Assembly: GCA_013239625.1 (NCBI GenBank)
Contig: MU053810.1
Span: 4,682,071 to 4,746,070, forward strand
Source: Lama guanicoe
Taxonomy: Eukaryota
Length of the DNA: 64,000 nucleotides
Reading direction: 5' to 3'
This document shows positions 51,900 through 63,100 of this stretch, one piece after another. How positions within the stretch are numbered: position 1 is the stretch's first letter; every line of letters starts with the position of its first letter. The translations under genes and the position numbers were made by a program. The notes under the pieces are model-generated. The model saw nothing but the letters and a program-made list of their open reading frames with translations, made no database searches and was not told the DNA's origin.

Positions 51900-53200
51900 G
51901 TTTAACTTAACCAACAGGTCGCCCTAAGTGTAAGAAAGAATCCAGTTACACTTGTAGTGTATCTGCAGTCAGTTATAATGTTTTTCAAAGCATTTTCTTC
52001 TACTATGTTCTGCCTTAATTGTTGAGTAACCTTTAAGGTTAAATTCTTGACTCTGTTGATGTTGTTGTTTGTTCTGTAGTGACTTTGCACTATTAACTCC
52101 TTCATACACAGGTCTCTAACGAAGCCGTGTAAGAGGGTGTGATAGGCTCACAGCACAAGAAATCAGCATCTGCATCTTAGACATTCACATCTTTAACACA
52201 GGTTGAATTCCAAAAGTTGTCAACAGATTCTTCAAGGTATTATTTTTAGAGAAATGCTTTCGGATGGTCACTTCAGTGGTATTATCATTTCACTTGAGTC
52301 CCAACTCTACCATATTGTCTGGAACAAGACAAAGTTGAGGAGTTAAGCACTGATGGTGCCGTTACTAAGACTCTCTATCAAGAATTGGTGCCTCTCAACA
52401 AGGTCTCTGTCTTGTGACTGCTGTCTGTCAGGTTGTTGGATGGATAAGAGTCTATCATATTTCACTTCCTACAATGTTATTTTTAACATGTTCTTCCATG
52501 ATGCTAACACAGGCTGCACCACAATTATGACTCTTTTAAAGCACATCCTAAATTAGAATTTCACTTAAAATTGCTCTTGCAATGTTTCAGTCTTTCATAA
52601 AGATTCTCCAGAGAGTCTCCACAGTTTCCCAGTTATAACTAATAGAAGATAAATGAGTTAAAAGACTTCATAGAGTCTTGCTTTGTCTTTAAATATCAAG
52701 TATCTGAATGAAATAGAAAATATTTGATTGGTATAATCCATTTCAGATACTGCAGCAAAGATCTGGTGTTTACCCAAAGACACTGAAATCTGAGAGTAAA
52801 ATTATTCCCCCCCAAGTTATTCAGACTTTCTGTGGAGAATAAATTTTTTTTCAATTTTTATTATTTTTTAATGGAGGTACTAGAGATGGAGCTGAAGACC
52901 TCTTGCACATAAAGCATGTGCTCTACCATTGAGGTGTACCTACCCCACTCTGATTTTCTATTATCTTCTTTGCAAGACAACTTTCACCATCTTGCTTTGT
53001 CACCTACTTGGAAAGCTATTCTGTAGGAAGGGATACTGAAGCATGAGTCTGTCCAGGATGTGAAATGTTCCCAACATCAGCGAGCATGTTAGTACTTTTC
53101 AAGGACTACACGTGACCTTGTCTTTAGATGTCTGCTGTGTCTGAAACAAAATGTCAGCTGTGTCAGATCTGAATCATTAATTTCTAAATAACAATGTTAT
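51900..53200 (-). mobile_element. hAT-Tip100-type transposase fossil (Zaphod/Arthur-like), heavily degraded, SINE-interrupted
   Basis: Ordered minus-strand motifs across frameshifts: FSVFG*TPDL (52758-52787), SISFRYL (~52697-52717), SHNCGAACVS (~52503-52532), A*LLNFVL (52325-52348), PLTR (~52125-52136), EENALKNIITD (~51968-52000). Confidence 0.55.
52843..52950 (-). mobile_element. tRNA-derived SINE (Vic-1-like, diverged)
   Basis: Poly-T then aatggaggtactagagatgg...gacctcttgcacataaagcatgtgctctaccattgaggtgtacc. Confidence 0.75.
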
Positions 53201-53769
53201 TTATGGAACCACTGTTGAGGGCTGGGATCAGTTGTTTATCATTTTCCACCCCCTGCCCCTCCGTTCCCGGCACAGAACCTAACACAGCGTAGGGGGTGGT
53301 CTTGTGAATGAAGGAAGCGACGTCTACAGAGCCCTCTAAGGTACCTCTCAGTGCATTTACATTTCTTTTTTAAAACCATAAGTTTCTGAAATTCAGTCTC
53401 CTCCTTAGGAGGCTGGCATTTCTTGCTTATATTAAGTAGCAGTGTCCTCCCCATTTCAGATGCCAACTCCACTGAGAGTTTTAATATGTGCACCTCTGTT
53501 GGCCCATTTCTTCTGGCTTAAAAAAAATTACTCAATTAACTGAGTAGGAACCTTCTTGGCCAGTCTCTTTAGATCTGTGTGGTTGTCTTTTAAGATGATC
53601 AAGTCAAAGCATACTTATTTTCAAAAACAGAAAATCTTGAAGAACAGAGCATCACCCATGAACTTACGACCCAAAGGCAGCTACTCTTGACATTCACCAA
53701 ATACACAGATTTAACCATGACCCTGGTAAAACCAAGGTCAGCCCCCTATAAATGCATGATTCCCTTTCC

Positions 53770-53867
53770 TATGAATTTTATGTTTCTGACTTTGTATTCT
53801 TATTCTTTGAGAGGCCCCTCAAAACTGTAATAAGCTTCAGGCCCCACAAAACTTGGATCTATCCCTG
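53770..53867 (-). mobile_element. hAT-Tip100 element terminus
   Basis: Minus strand CAGGGATAGATCCAAGTTTTGTGGGGCCTGAAGCTTATTACAGTTTTGAGGGGCCTCTC...AAGAATACAAA resembles a recalled Tip100-family (Zaphod/MER115-like) end. Confidence 0.6.
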
Positions 53868-54969
53868 CCATCGAGGTGATTAATCGATCTGTAAAAATCT
53901 AGTTCCTTTCTGTTTTATAATGTACTTTGCCACTTAACAAAATATGAATTGTTTTCTCATTGCCATTTTTCTTTTAGAATCCCTGTTAATAACCCTGTAG
54001 TGTTCCAAGGGGAATGGATCTATTACATGAATTGATGGAGTAAATGAATCCTCTAATGTTGGAATTTGCCCCACCCCATTATTCTTATAAACAACACATC
54101 TTTGTGCATAAATGTGTAGAAATTCAATTACTAGTTCAAACCAGATGTATATTGGGGAGGCTTTTGACACATATTGACAAGTAGCCCTTCAGAGAGCTTG
54201 TATCAACTTACTTTCCCAACAGTGATATGTAAGAGGACTCATTCCGAACCCCTGTCAGCACCATGTATTTTATTGTAAAAACCTCTGCTAATTTCATGGG
54301 TGTAAAAAGCTATCATATTATTTTAATATTTATATGTTTCTTACTAAGTTGGAAATTGTTAGTTTCCCATCAGAAAGGACTAAAAGAGCACTTTATATTT
54401 TAAGGCATTAGCCATTTGCCATAGCTGTATGTTAAGTATTGATTTGCATAATCTTAAATTGGATTTGGAGAAACTGAGGGATTTAGGTCATTTGAAATTG
54501 TCACCACCATCTGCCTGTGGAAAATGCTGTTTAGGGGGAAATTTGTAGAAGGCATTCCAGAAGGCAGGCATACATCAGATTAACTCGGCCACATTACAGG
54601 AGGAAGTGAATTCATTTCAACTAAAAGCTATTTGAGCATCTTTACTATATATTACCATCCGATGAATACGGCAAATCATAATGCAAAATTAAAAGCCATG
54701 CTTGCAATTTCACTAAAACATATTTGAGGAAAATTCCTGAATTCTTAATGGAAAAGTGCTGGAGGAGTGTTTGGGGGAGATGGCTCAGACAGAGGTATCG
54801 CGTGGGCCAAGTGAAGAGGTGGTGGGTGGGTCCCCTGAATGGATGGCACAGCATGGAAGGTGAGTGTGCTTGGTAAGTTCCCAGAGCAACAAGATGTCCA
54901 GTGTAACTCTGATGCCCTAGGGATGTGGCATGATTTGAGGGACTAAGGCAGGAACAGGAGGTTGAGGTC

Positions 54970-55297
54970 TGTTTTAGTTTGTTTGGGCTGCTATGACAGA
55001 TTACCAAAGACAGGGTATCTTCAACAACAGTGTATTTCCCACGGTTGCAGAGACTGGGAAGACCAAGGTCAGAGTGTCTGGGGAGGACCGACTTCCTGGT
55101 TTGCAGGTCATAGTAACCCCACAAGCCAGAGAGCCGAGAGAGAAAAGAAACTCTCCCATGCCTCTTCTCATAAAGGTGCCGGTCCCATCGGGAGCTCCAC
55201 CCTCATGACCTAATTACTTCCCAGAGTCCCCACCCCCAAATACCACCACACTGGGGATTAAGGTTTTAACACGAATTTTGGAGGAACACAAATAGCG
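54970..55297 (-). mobile_element. MLT1A-like MaLR solo LTR (inside an L2 fragment)
   Basis: tgttttagtttgtttgggctgctatgacagattacc...ccaccctcatgacctaattacttccc...aaataccaccacactggggattaagg. Confidence 0.85.
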
Positions 55298-55839
55298 AGG
55301 CTACACGGTAAAAATCTTTGTGTGCCATATTAAGATAAAGGACATTTTAGAAGATGTCCCACCTTCTGAACCCAATGCTGAGATTCAGAAGCTTATGAGG
55401 ACATGTCATACAGCGTGACCTGCCAGGTGCACTGTATGTTTTGCAGAATGTCACCAAGAGTCTTGGTGAAAAATGCATGTTCTCTTGGCAGAGCCATTGG
55501 TATGGAAGAACTCTTGAGCATTCAAGCTTCTCAGAAGGTCTCCAAGAGTTGTGAGGTCCTTTAACACTTGCTTTCAGAGCTCTGGGCCTTCCGCCACTCC
55601 GCCCAGCATGTGGATTGCTTCTAACCATCTGTCTTCATGGACTTCAGGACAGGAATCTTTTTCCGAGCTGCCCCCGTCATGCTTCCACGTCTTCCAGCAG
55701 ATGGTCAGGGTATAAGTTGTGAGGACAGATAAGATGGTCCAGAGAGGACAGTTGGAGGAGACGAATGTGGCTAAATGCAAAATGTCAGAGACTGTATGCT
55801 TTTAGGGAGAGAGGGTGGCTTCTGCGGATTGACAAAATT

Positions 55840-56020
55840 GAATACGTAAGTTAGTTAAGCCATTTGCTACCTGTAACTTTAGACAAGTGACTTGGATCTT
55901 CTGAGCTTCCTTCTCCCTCTCTGTGAAATGGGCCATAACACCAAGTCGACTAGAGGTGCTGATTCAGTGAAATTGCATGTGTACCATTTCTGACACACAG
56001 CAGACATCCTGTCAATGCAT
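55840..56020 (+). mobile_element. MIR fragment
   Basis: ccatttgctacctgtaactttagacaagtgactt...tctgtgaaatggg...tctgacacacagcag. Confidence 0.6.
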
Positions 56021-56964
56021 TTCCCCTGTCCTCTTCCCTTCTTCATAAACGGGGAGTTTCTAAATCCAAAGCCCTTCGGACTTCCGCTGAACCTGGAGCA
56101 GCCAGCACTAACTCCGAGCGAGGGAAGGATGCCAGAGCGGGCTGAATCTCTTCACCGTGCCAGCAAAACGCCATCATAGATTAAGAGAATTCCTTCTGAG
56201 TTTAAGCATTTCTAAATACCTTTCCTGAACTGGGAAGACAAACTGAACCAAGTGTAAAAAGACAGTTCTCCTCTGTTTGTAAAGACATTTTCCCCGTCTT
56301 CTCTAGATTTTCATGATCTGTAACTGGACCTGTGTACCCAGCTGGCAGCTGCACCAGCCAGACCCTGAGGTAACTGTAGTTTAGGCCCAATTTTTACTTT
56401 TTCACTGAGAGCCTACAAATTCTATTTCAAGCACACACATGTACAGAATGCAGATGTGGGAGCAAAAACCAGGCCCGATTTGGGGAATGAAGCTGATATT
56501 TGACTGTGGTGAGGCCATGAGTGGCCCGTGTACAGGGGCCTCGCCCAGGCCTGGTTGGGGCTCAGACCTCAAGAGTGGTTTTGGCCTCTGGCTATGACAT
56601 TAGCAATCACGTGGACAGTCACCACATCTCCCATTTGGGGCAAAAACGTTGCACAATCTGTGATCCAACAGGCTTCAAAGGTTTTTCTCTATACTCTGAA
56701 AAATGCGTTAACAGCATGGAAAGTCTGGAAAATTCACCCCCTAAAGAAGCTGAGGATCAAAGTGGTGATGGACAGAGGGGAGAAACTGAGTTGCTTCTGC
56801 CCGATGCCAAAGGTCTGTTCCCTTCATGGAAACAGCCACTTCGGAATGTGGTTCTCCCCTGTATCCAAACCAGGGATGAGATTCCTAAGCTGTTTGCATC
56901 AGGCAGCCAAAGCTCTTACAGCCCAGATGGATCCCCAGATGAACATTTTTTTGGATGACTAATA

Positions 56965-57500
56965 AATCATTTATACATTCATTTATTCATTCAACAAACA
57001 TTTATTAAGAACCTACTATGATATCACAGGCAGTATCACAGGTATTAAGGATACCATGGTGAGCATCATCAACAAAAAATGTTTTTAAAAACAATCCTTG
57101 GTTGGACGGAGGGTATAGCTCAGTGGTAGAGCACATGCTTAGCATGCACAAGATCCTGGGTTCAGTCCTGAGTACCTCCTCTAAAAAGTAAATAAATAAG
57201 TAAACTTAATCCCCCCACCCAATGTTTTTTATTTAGTAAATAAGTAAATAAACCTAATTACCTCCCCCTGCAAAAAATCCCTGGCCTCATGAGGCTTCCA
57301 TTCTAGCGGGAGAGACTGACAATAAATGATAGCAATCATCAAAATATGAATTATAGAGTGAAAAATGCTCAGGAACGGCAATGAAGCAGGGAAGAGGATG
57401 GGAGATATTAGAGAAAATGGGTGCTGAAATTTTGGGTCAGGCAGTGAGGGGAGGCCTCACTGAGAAGCTGACTTGAACAAAAGACCTGATGGATGGTTTG
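56965..57500 (-). mobile_element. L2 LINE 3' end interrupted by a SINE
   Basis: cattcattcaacaaacatttattaagaacctactatg...cctcatgaggcttccattctagcgggagagactgacaataaa...ggaggcctcactgagaag. Confidence 0.8.
57103..57277 (+). mobile_element. tRNA-derived SINE (Vic-1-like) with duplicated tail segment
   Basis: gagggtatagctcagtggtagagcacatgcttagcatgcacaagatcctgggttcagtcc; imperfect TSD aaaacaatccttgg / aaaaaatccctgg. Confidence 0.88.
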
Positions 57501-58769
57501 GGTAAATGGAGACTTTAGGTGGAAAATATTTCATCGCAGACTTTTGAGGCTGTTCCTCCCATGGTTTCTGGTTTCTGGGCTACCGTTGTGGACACGGAAT
57601 GCCCTTCTGACTCCTGATCCTTTGTGACTTGCCTCCCCACCCCTGGGAACTTGTAGGAACCTCTGGTTTTCCCCTGCCATCTGGAACGTCTCAGTGACAA
57701 GCCCGTGTGCATCGAGCATATCACAGACCTTTTCAGTGTCTAATCTCATGTTCTTCAGTTCGGGGAGAAGAAAAAAATCGTATAATACTTGGGGAAAAGT
57801 GCTGTTTTTCCTGACCTCTTTACCCAAATCCGCATTCTTAGGAATTGGGAGGCTCTAAAGCAATTCTCTATTTTGTTAACTAGTTCTCATCCTTTCCCCA
57901 TCCTTTCCCCCCCCACCTTTCTGAGATTTCGTCAACTTTTTTCTCCACTGAATTTTTCATTCCTTTTCTCCTGGTCCCCGGAGCTCACTCTTGCTCTCCA
58001 AATGTTCCCCTTTTCTTGGACTGCCTCATCTCTTCTGAGTTTCTGTTTTCTGTTTATTTCTGACATGAAAGAGACTTTTATGAAGTGCCTGCTAATCCTC
58101 GCTAGTCTGTCCCTGCATGAGGGAGGCCTGGCCTGGCCGCACTGATGGGAAACTTCTGTGGATGGTCCCGGCTGCTTCACAGCGGGGTGACCGGACGGAA
58201 TCTGAACCCTACCCTCAAACAGCTACTGGTCTCTTCTTGGAGGGCAGTCAGTCAGCCTTCCTCCAGGGCTTCCTCCAGTTTCCTGACTGAGGTGTCAGCC
58301 CCTTTGCCAGAATCCTGTCTGAGGGCACCTCACTCCCCCTCCCCTGCACCTGCTGAGCTGGATCCAGTCTGTTGGTTCAACCTCTTCAGTGGCTCTGCTG
58401 TAGAGACGTGGGTTCAATCAGCCCTCCTGCTTTCCACTCACTCTGCGTTCCTGCCCTCAGCAGGGTCTGGTGCCCCACGCCCTGAGCTTCCCGGACCCTG
58501 CAAGGCTGTGGAGCCCTCCACCTGAAGACCTTGGTGCCAGCTTTCTTCTGTCTGCTGTGTGTCCTCTCTCATTCCCTTAATTTGATGTATGCTTTTTGGG
58601 ATGGAATTTTAGAAGGAGCCAGAAGTCACTTTGTTACATGCACTGCCATGTTTAACCACTATTCTAGTCTCTTCTGCGTCTGCCAAAGGTTACTCTAGTG
58701 GTACTAGCCCGCCCCGTAGATTCTCCCAAGAAGTACGATTCAACTCAGATGTCAGGATCTCCCATCCCC

Positions 58770-59290
58770 TGTCTCAGGCATCTCTCTGAACAAGTGACCC
58801 TAAACATAATGACCTAAAACAGCCACAGTTATGTATTGGCTCATGATTCTGCAGTTTGGGCAGGGTTTGGAGGGGACATCTCATTTCGGTTCCATAGGAC
58901 ATCAGCTGGGGCGGCTCACCTGGGGCTGAGGGTTCCGCTCTCAAGGTGGCTCACCCACATGGCTAGCCAGTGGTCCTGGCTGTAGCGTGGACGCTCGGTG
59001 GAGGCCGTTGGTCAAGGCTTCCACTTTCCACGTGGCCTCCCCACGTGGCTCCGCTGGACTCCCCAGAAGCTTGGTTCCATGAGGGAGCATCCGAGACCAC
59101 GCTCACCAAGAAGACAAGCTCTCGTGTGCAAACACGTAGCAGGTCTCCATTTTGCATGGCACTTGCTAATGTCCCCTTGGCCAAAGCAGGTCCCATGGCC
59201 AAGCCCAGACTGCATGTGGGAAGGGAGGACACCCTGCGGGTGTGTGGGTGCCAGGAGGCACGGTTCACAGGGAGCCACGTGCCTCTTAGA
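58770..59290 (-). mobile_element. MLT1G/H-like MaLR LTR
   Basis: ggctcatgattctgcagtttgggcaggg...tcaaggtggctcacccacatggct...cttgctaatgtccccttggccaaagcaggtcccatggccaagcccaga. Confidence 0.7.
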
Positions 59291-59896
59291 ACTCTGAAAT
59301 TCTGTGATTCTGCCCTTGTGTTCTTCCTTATGTAACCAGTGTTCCATTTTCTTTCTGAACCATCGGGGCGCCAGATTCTTCCCATAGGTAATTTCATTTG
59401 GTACAAACATTCAATAAATATGTATTAGAGCCACAGAAATATTGTACCATTTTCACCTAAAACATTTCTGAGCGGATTGTAAGGACTTAAACTTTACAGC
59501 TTACTGTTGCAATCACAACTGTGTTCCTAGTTAGTGAAAGATTTGGGGGGCGGGAAATCACTGTATGATGTCAAATTCCTAAGTGGACCTTTCAAGGGAG
59601 TTAAGTATTGTCTTGTGCTTTAGGCTACCAAAGGTTAGCTTCTTGTCTTTTTGGTTTTAAAATGGTTGAAAATTAGCCTCTTTAGCCCCTGCCTGGACTC
59701 CAAAGAATGAAAGTGGGTATTTCTGTCATTACCGGAGAGTGCATTCCTCGAAAATTCCAAACACACGTCTCTCGTTACATGCTTTGCATGTTCCGAACAT
59801 TCCTGCCTCTGGGAAGGACAACAGTGGCTTAGCGTGTGCCTGCGTGTCGTGCGGCTCTTGATCTGTGCCTGAGAACTCTGTGCCTCTTGTTTGCAG

Positions 59897-60095
59897 GGGT
59901 TCTTTATCTCCAGTATGGAGATGAAACCAAGCAGCTCAGGATGCCGAACGAAATTACCAGTGCAGACACAATCCGTGCTCTCTTCGTAAGTGCCTTTCCA
60001 CAGCAGCTCACCATGAAAATGCTGGAGTCGCCCAGTGTCGCCATTTACATCAAAGATGAAAGCAGAAATGTCTACTACGAATTAAACGATGTGAG
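59897..60095 (+). CDS. KIAA1217: KIAA1217 internal coding exon, 199 nt (AIP3-type domain; probably human exon 4)
   Basis: Acceptor ttgtttgcag|GG at 59896/59897; donor GTGAG|gtaagc at 60095/60096. The phase 1 start completes the Gly codon (G+GG) from the previous exon. Encodes GVLYLQYGDETKQLRMPNEITSADTIRALFVSAFPQQLTMKMLESPSVAIYIKDESRNVYYELNDV(R), typical of KIAA1217/SRCIN1. Confidence 0.96.
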
Positions 60096-60112
60096 GTAAG
60101 CGGTCACAGCGC

Positions 60113-60163
60113 CTGTGTGTGCGTATGTGCGCGTGTGCATGCAGGTGTGTGTGCGTGTGTGTG
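60113..60163 (+). repeat. Alternating purine-pyrimidine (TG/CG)n tract just downstream of the exon donor
   Basis: ctgtgtgtgcgtatgtgcgcgtgtgcatgcaggtgtgtgtgcgtgtgtgtgt. Confidence 0.85.
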
Positions 60164-63100
60164 TCCACCGTCTTGCACTGCCAGTTGGTGCTGAGTCCTC
60201 CTCCTCTCCGTGTCCCCCGGGGAGGTAAGGACAGCTGTTGTTGGCAGGCTTATCCTACCCAGGTGTAAATCCACTGTCTGGTTTTCTAGAAGTCCTTTAC
60301 AAAGTCTGGTTTACAAAGCTGAGGACAGACTTCTCCCGCATAGCTCTTTGCAGGTCATGTCTGAAAAGAATGGCAGAAATGAGCCCATCCACTGTTCGTC
60401 TAAGAGTTAAGAGAAACTATGACCAAGAAGGGCCGAGACCAGACGACTTGAAGGTCACACTCACAGGTGGAACTTGCACCCTTAACCAGCTCCTCCTCAA
60501 GGGTGCTCATCTGCCGAGACAGAGCCTGTGGGCGTGTTAGGCAGTGGCCCTACTGGGCCGTTATTTACAAGAACAGGTTAGGATTTTAGGGGACTCTCTG
60601 CTGTGGTGCACAAGAAAAGATGCTGAGAAGCATTGTCCTTTTCCATTTGTTTCTCACATCAGTGGTCTTTATTCTAGGGTCTCACTTTCCAGCTGGGCTT
60701 TCTCCAGGGTCCCTGGTAAAATGTAGTCTAAAACGAGGTGCAATGGGTCCATGCCCTGGTAGGTGGCAGGGAAATAAAGTACCATTATGGACTGTAGTGG
60801 TGGTGTGTATAGAACAGGAGGGACCGGACCGTCTGATCTCTTCCAGCCAGACAAGCCTGAGAAACAGAACTTCAGTCAACACAAGCAAGCAGTTGCTAGT
60901 CCAGCCGCTAAACATTTTAGAACTGAAAAAATGATTGAGTGACTTTCATTTGATGGGACCAATAACTAAGATGCATAAACGTTAAGAGACTTATTCAAAG
61001 TCACAGAGCCAATTACTTTCCAAACTCAGCCCCAGCCTGACTGTTCACATTCTCGGTCAGGATTTTTTTATTCCCTCAAAATGTTTTCTCCCCAACGCAT
61101 CTGGGCCCCACCGTGGATTTATGGGTCCCTTCTCTGTGGGGATAGCAGGCTGTCCTGTTTCTTCATCGTGGAATTAGTAAGAACCACTTTTTCAAAAAAA
61201 TACGCCTCCAGCAAATGATAAATGTAAACTGACAGATACCTGACAATGATCAGAAATGACATAGTTAGGCGTGTGCCAAGGTGTATGAGTAATTTAGAGC
61301 TTTCAACATTTGACACATACCCGAAGGTATAGGTGCTGTATCTGTTGCACACCCTCCCTGCTTTTTAAAAACACGTTTAAATATTCATGGCTATCAGAAA
61401 ATTCATGTTTGTTTTTTGAAATAAATTATTAATCAAGCTGTCACCAAAAAAAATTCTCAATTTACAAAGCATAAACTTAAACGTGAACTAAGCACGTTAT
61501 ATTTAGAGAGTATGTTCCCAGTATAATCTTGTGCCGTCTTTACACAGATGTGCTGTTTTATGACAATCTTTGAATTTTTGCATTTTGCAGTTAGAGAAAT
61601 TGAGGGATATGGTAATAATAGATACGCAGGAAACTACATAACGGCATGTTTGACTGTGGAGTTCAAGGCTGGTGAGATTATTATAAGCAATTGGACCCCA
61701 CTGTCTTGCAGCCCGTGCAAGAATTTTTGTATTACAGTGAGTCATGATTTTCTAGAGGGTTTCCCAAGCCTCACAGTATTACCAAGACTTTATTCACATA
61801 TTCTTTGGGACTGTTGTGACCTAGTCGCAAAAAGAGAAATGGGAGGGAAGACAGAGACGAAAAGGTCCCCGAACTTCCAAACTGAGACGATCCTTCTTGA
61901 TGCAAATTCAGTCAACAAAATAAATGTAAACAGCGCTTGCAAGAAGGGATCACTTAAATCCTAATAATTTTCAGTTAGTTTATTTCTGTTTGCAAAAGTG
62001 ATGGTCTTGTTGATCCTTAGGCTGCAGTCCTGGGAGCCTGATTTAAAAAAAAAAATCTCATTTAATACGTTTAAGTGGAAAGTCGCTGGTTTATAGATTT
62101 GTCTATCATTTGACTTTTCAGTGTTTTGGTTTACGTATAAAAAAGTGGATCTAAAAATATTTAAGTGGACAAACTGTTTATTTGGTGATGAATATCATAT
62201 TTATGCTAGATGATCACATGGACGCCCTTTCCAAAGAATTACTATTCTTTGCTTTTATGCATAAAATGCCTCAATTATACTTTATCTGAACGGTAGAATA
62301 AATTCTCACCATCAACATGAAATAGAACCCCAAATCCACCAAAAAAAAAAAAAGTAGCATGTAGATTTTACCTGAAGATGCTGGCTTTAATCTTCTAAAC
62401 CCAGAGATGAATCTGATTTCACACCCGGTATTTTTGAAGCAAGGGCATATTTGTTAAACATTTGGCTCATTCATCATGGTGTTGGGTTCTCCATATTTTC
62501 CTTCGGGAAATGCGACAGAGAGTTTAGGTTGAAATGCTGTGTTGTAAATGTTGCCATGGTAAATGCAGTCTGGGCCTTTCCTGTTGGTTCATCTTGGATG
62601 AACATGTTTCTAAATTAATTATAAACCCACTCCTGTGTTTTAAATACCTTCAGAACCACATGAAGTTTTGGTTCGTGGCTCAAGTAAGGTTTTCAGTTTC
62701 TTCACATCGTCCCTTGTGGCTTTGTCCCCCGACCCCAGCCCCAGGGTGAGTTCCTGCAGTGATATCCCCGCATCCTTTCCTTCTGTGAATTCGTCCCTTC
62801 CTGGGAACCTGGTCTCTTCTAATAACAAGGACTGCACACCCCCCGCCCCCACCCCCAAGCAAATTTCTAATGAGCTGCTCAAAGTTTGCAGCAACCCTGC
62901 AAGCTTGGGCTAGTCATTGCTTCAAAGCGATTACCGGCGGATATTTGAAGGCGGGAGGTAAAACTAGTCCAAGGATCCTCCACTTCGTTGAAAATGAAAA
63001 CACCGCCCAGTAATCCCAGTGATTGTGATCAGCCCACAAAACGTGCAGCTGCACCTGCAGGGAAGGGACGTGTCCTCCTGCACGCGCTTCCCTGAGCTCC

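Larger units (their letters stand above)
22770..59896 (+). other. KIAA1217: KIAA1217 phase-1 GT-AG intron (37,127 nt)
   Basis: GTAAGC...TTGCAG ends; the flanking exons join in frame as ...KERSL-G-VLYLQY... Confidence 0.88.

Noticed and set aside
51900..52800. Possible endogenous bornavirus/rhabdovirus glycoprotein or L fragment (plus-strand YTCSVSAVSYNVFQSIFFYY)
   Set aside because: Only one short resemblance, with no further viral motifs. Several ordered minus-strand motifs and a nearby terminus fit a hAT transposase better.
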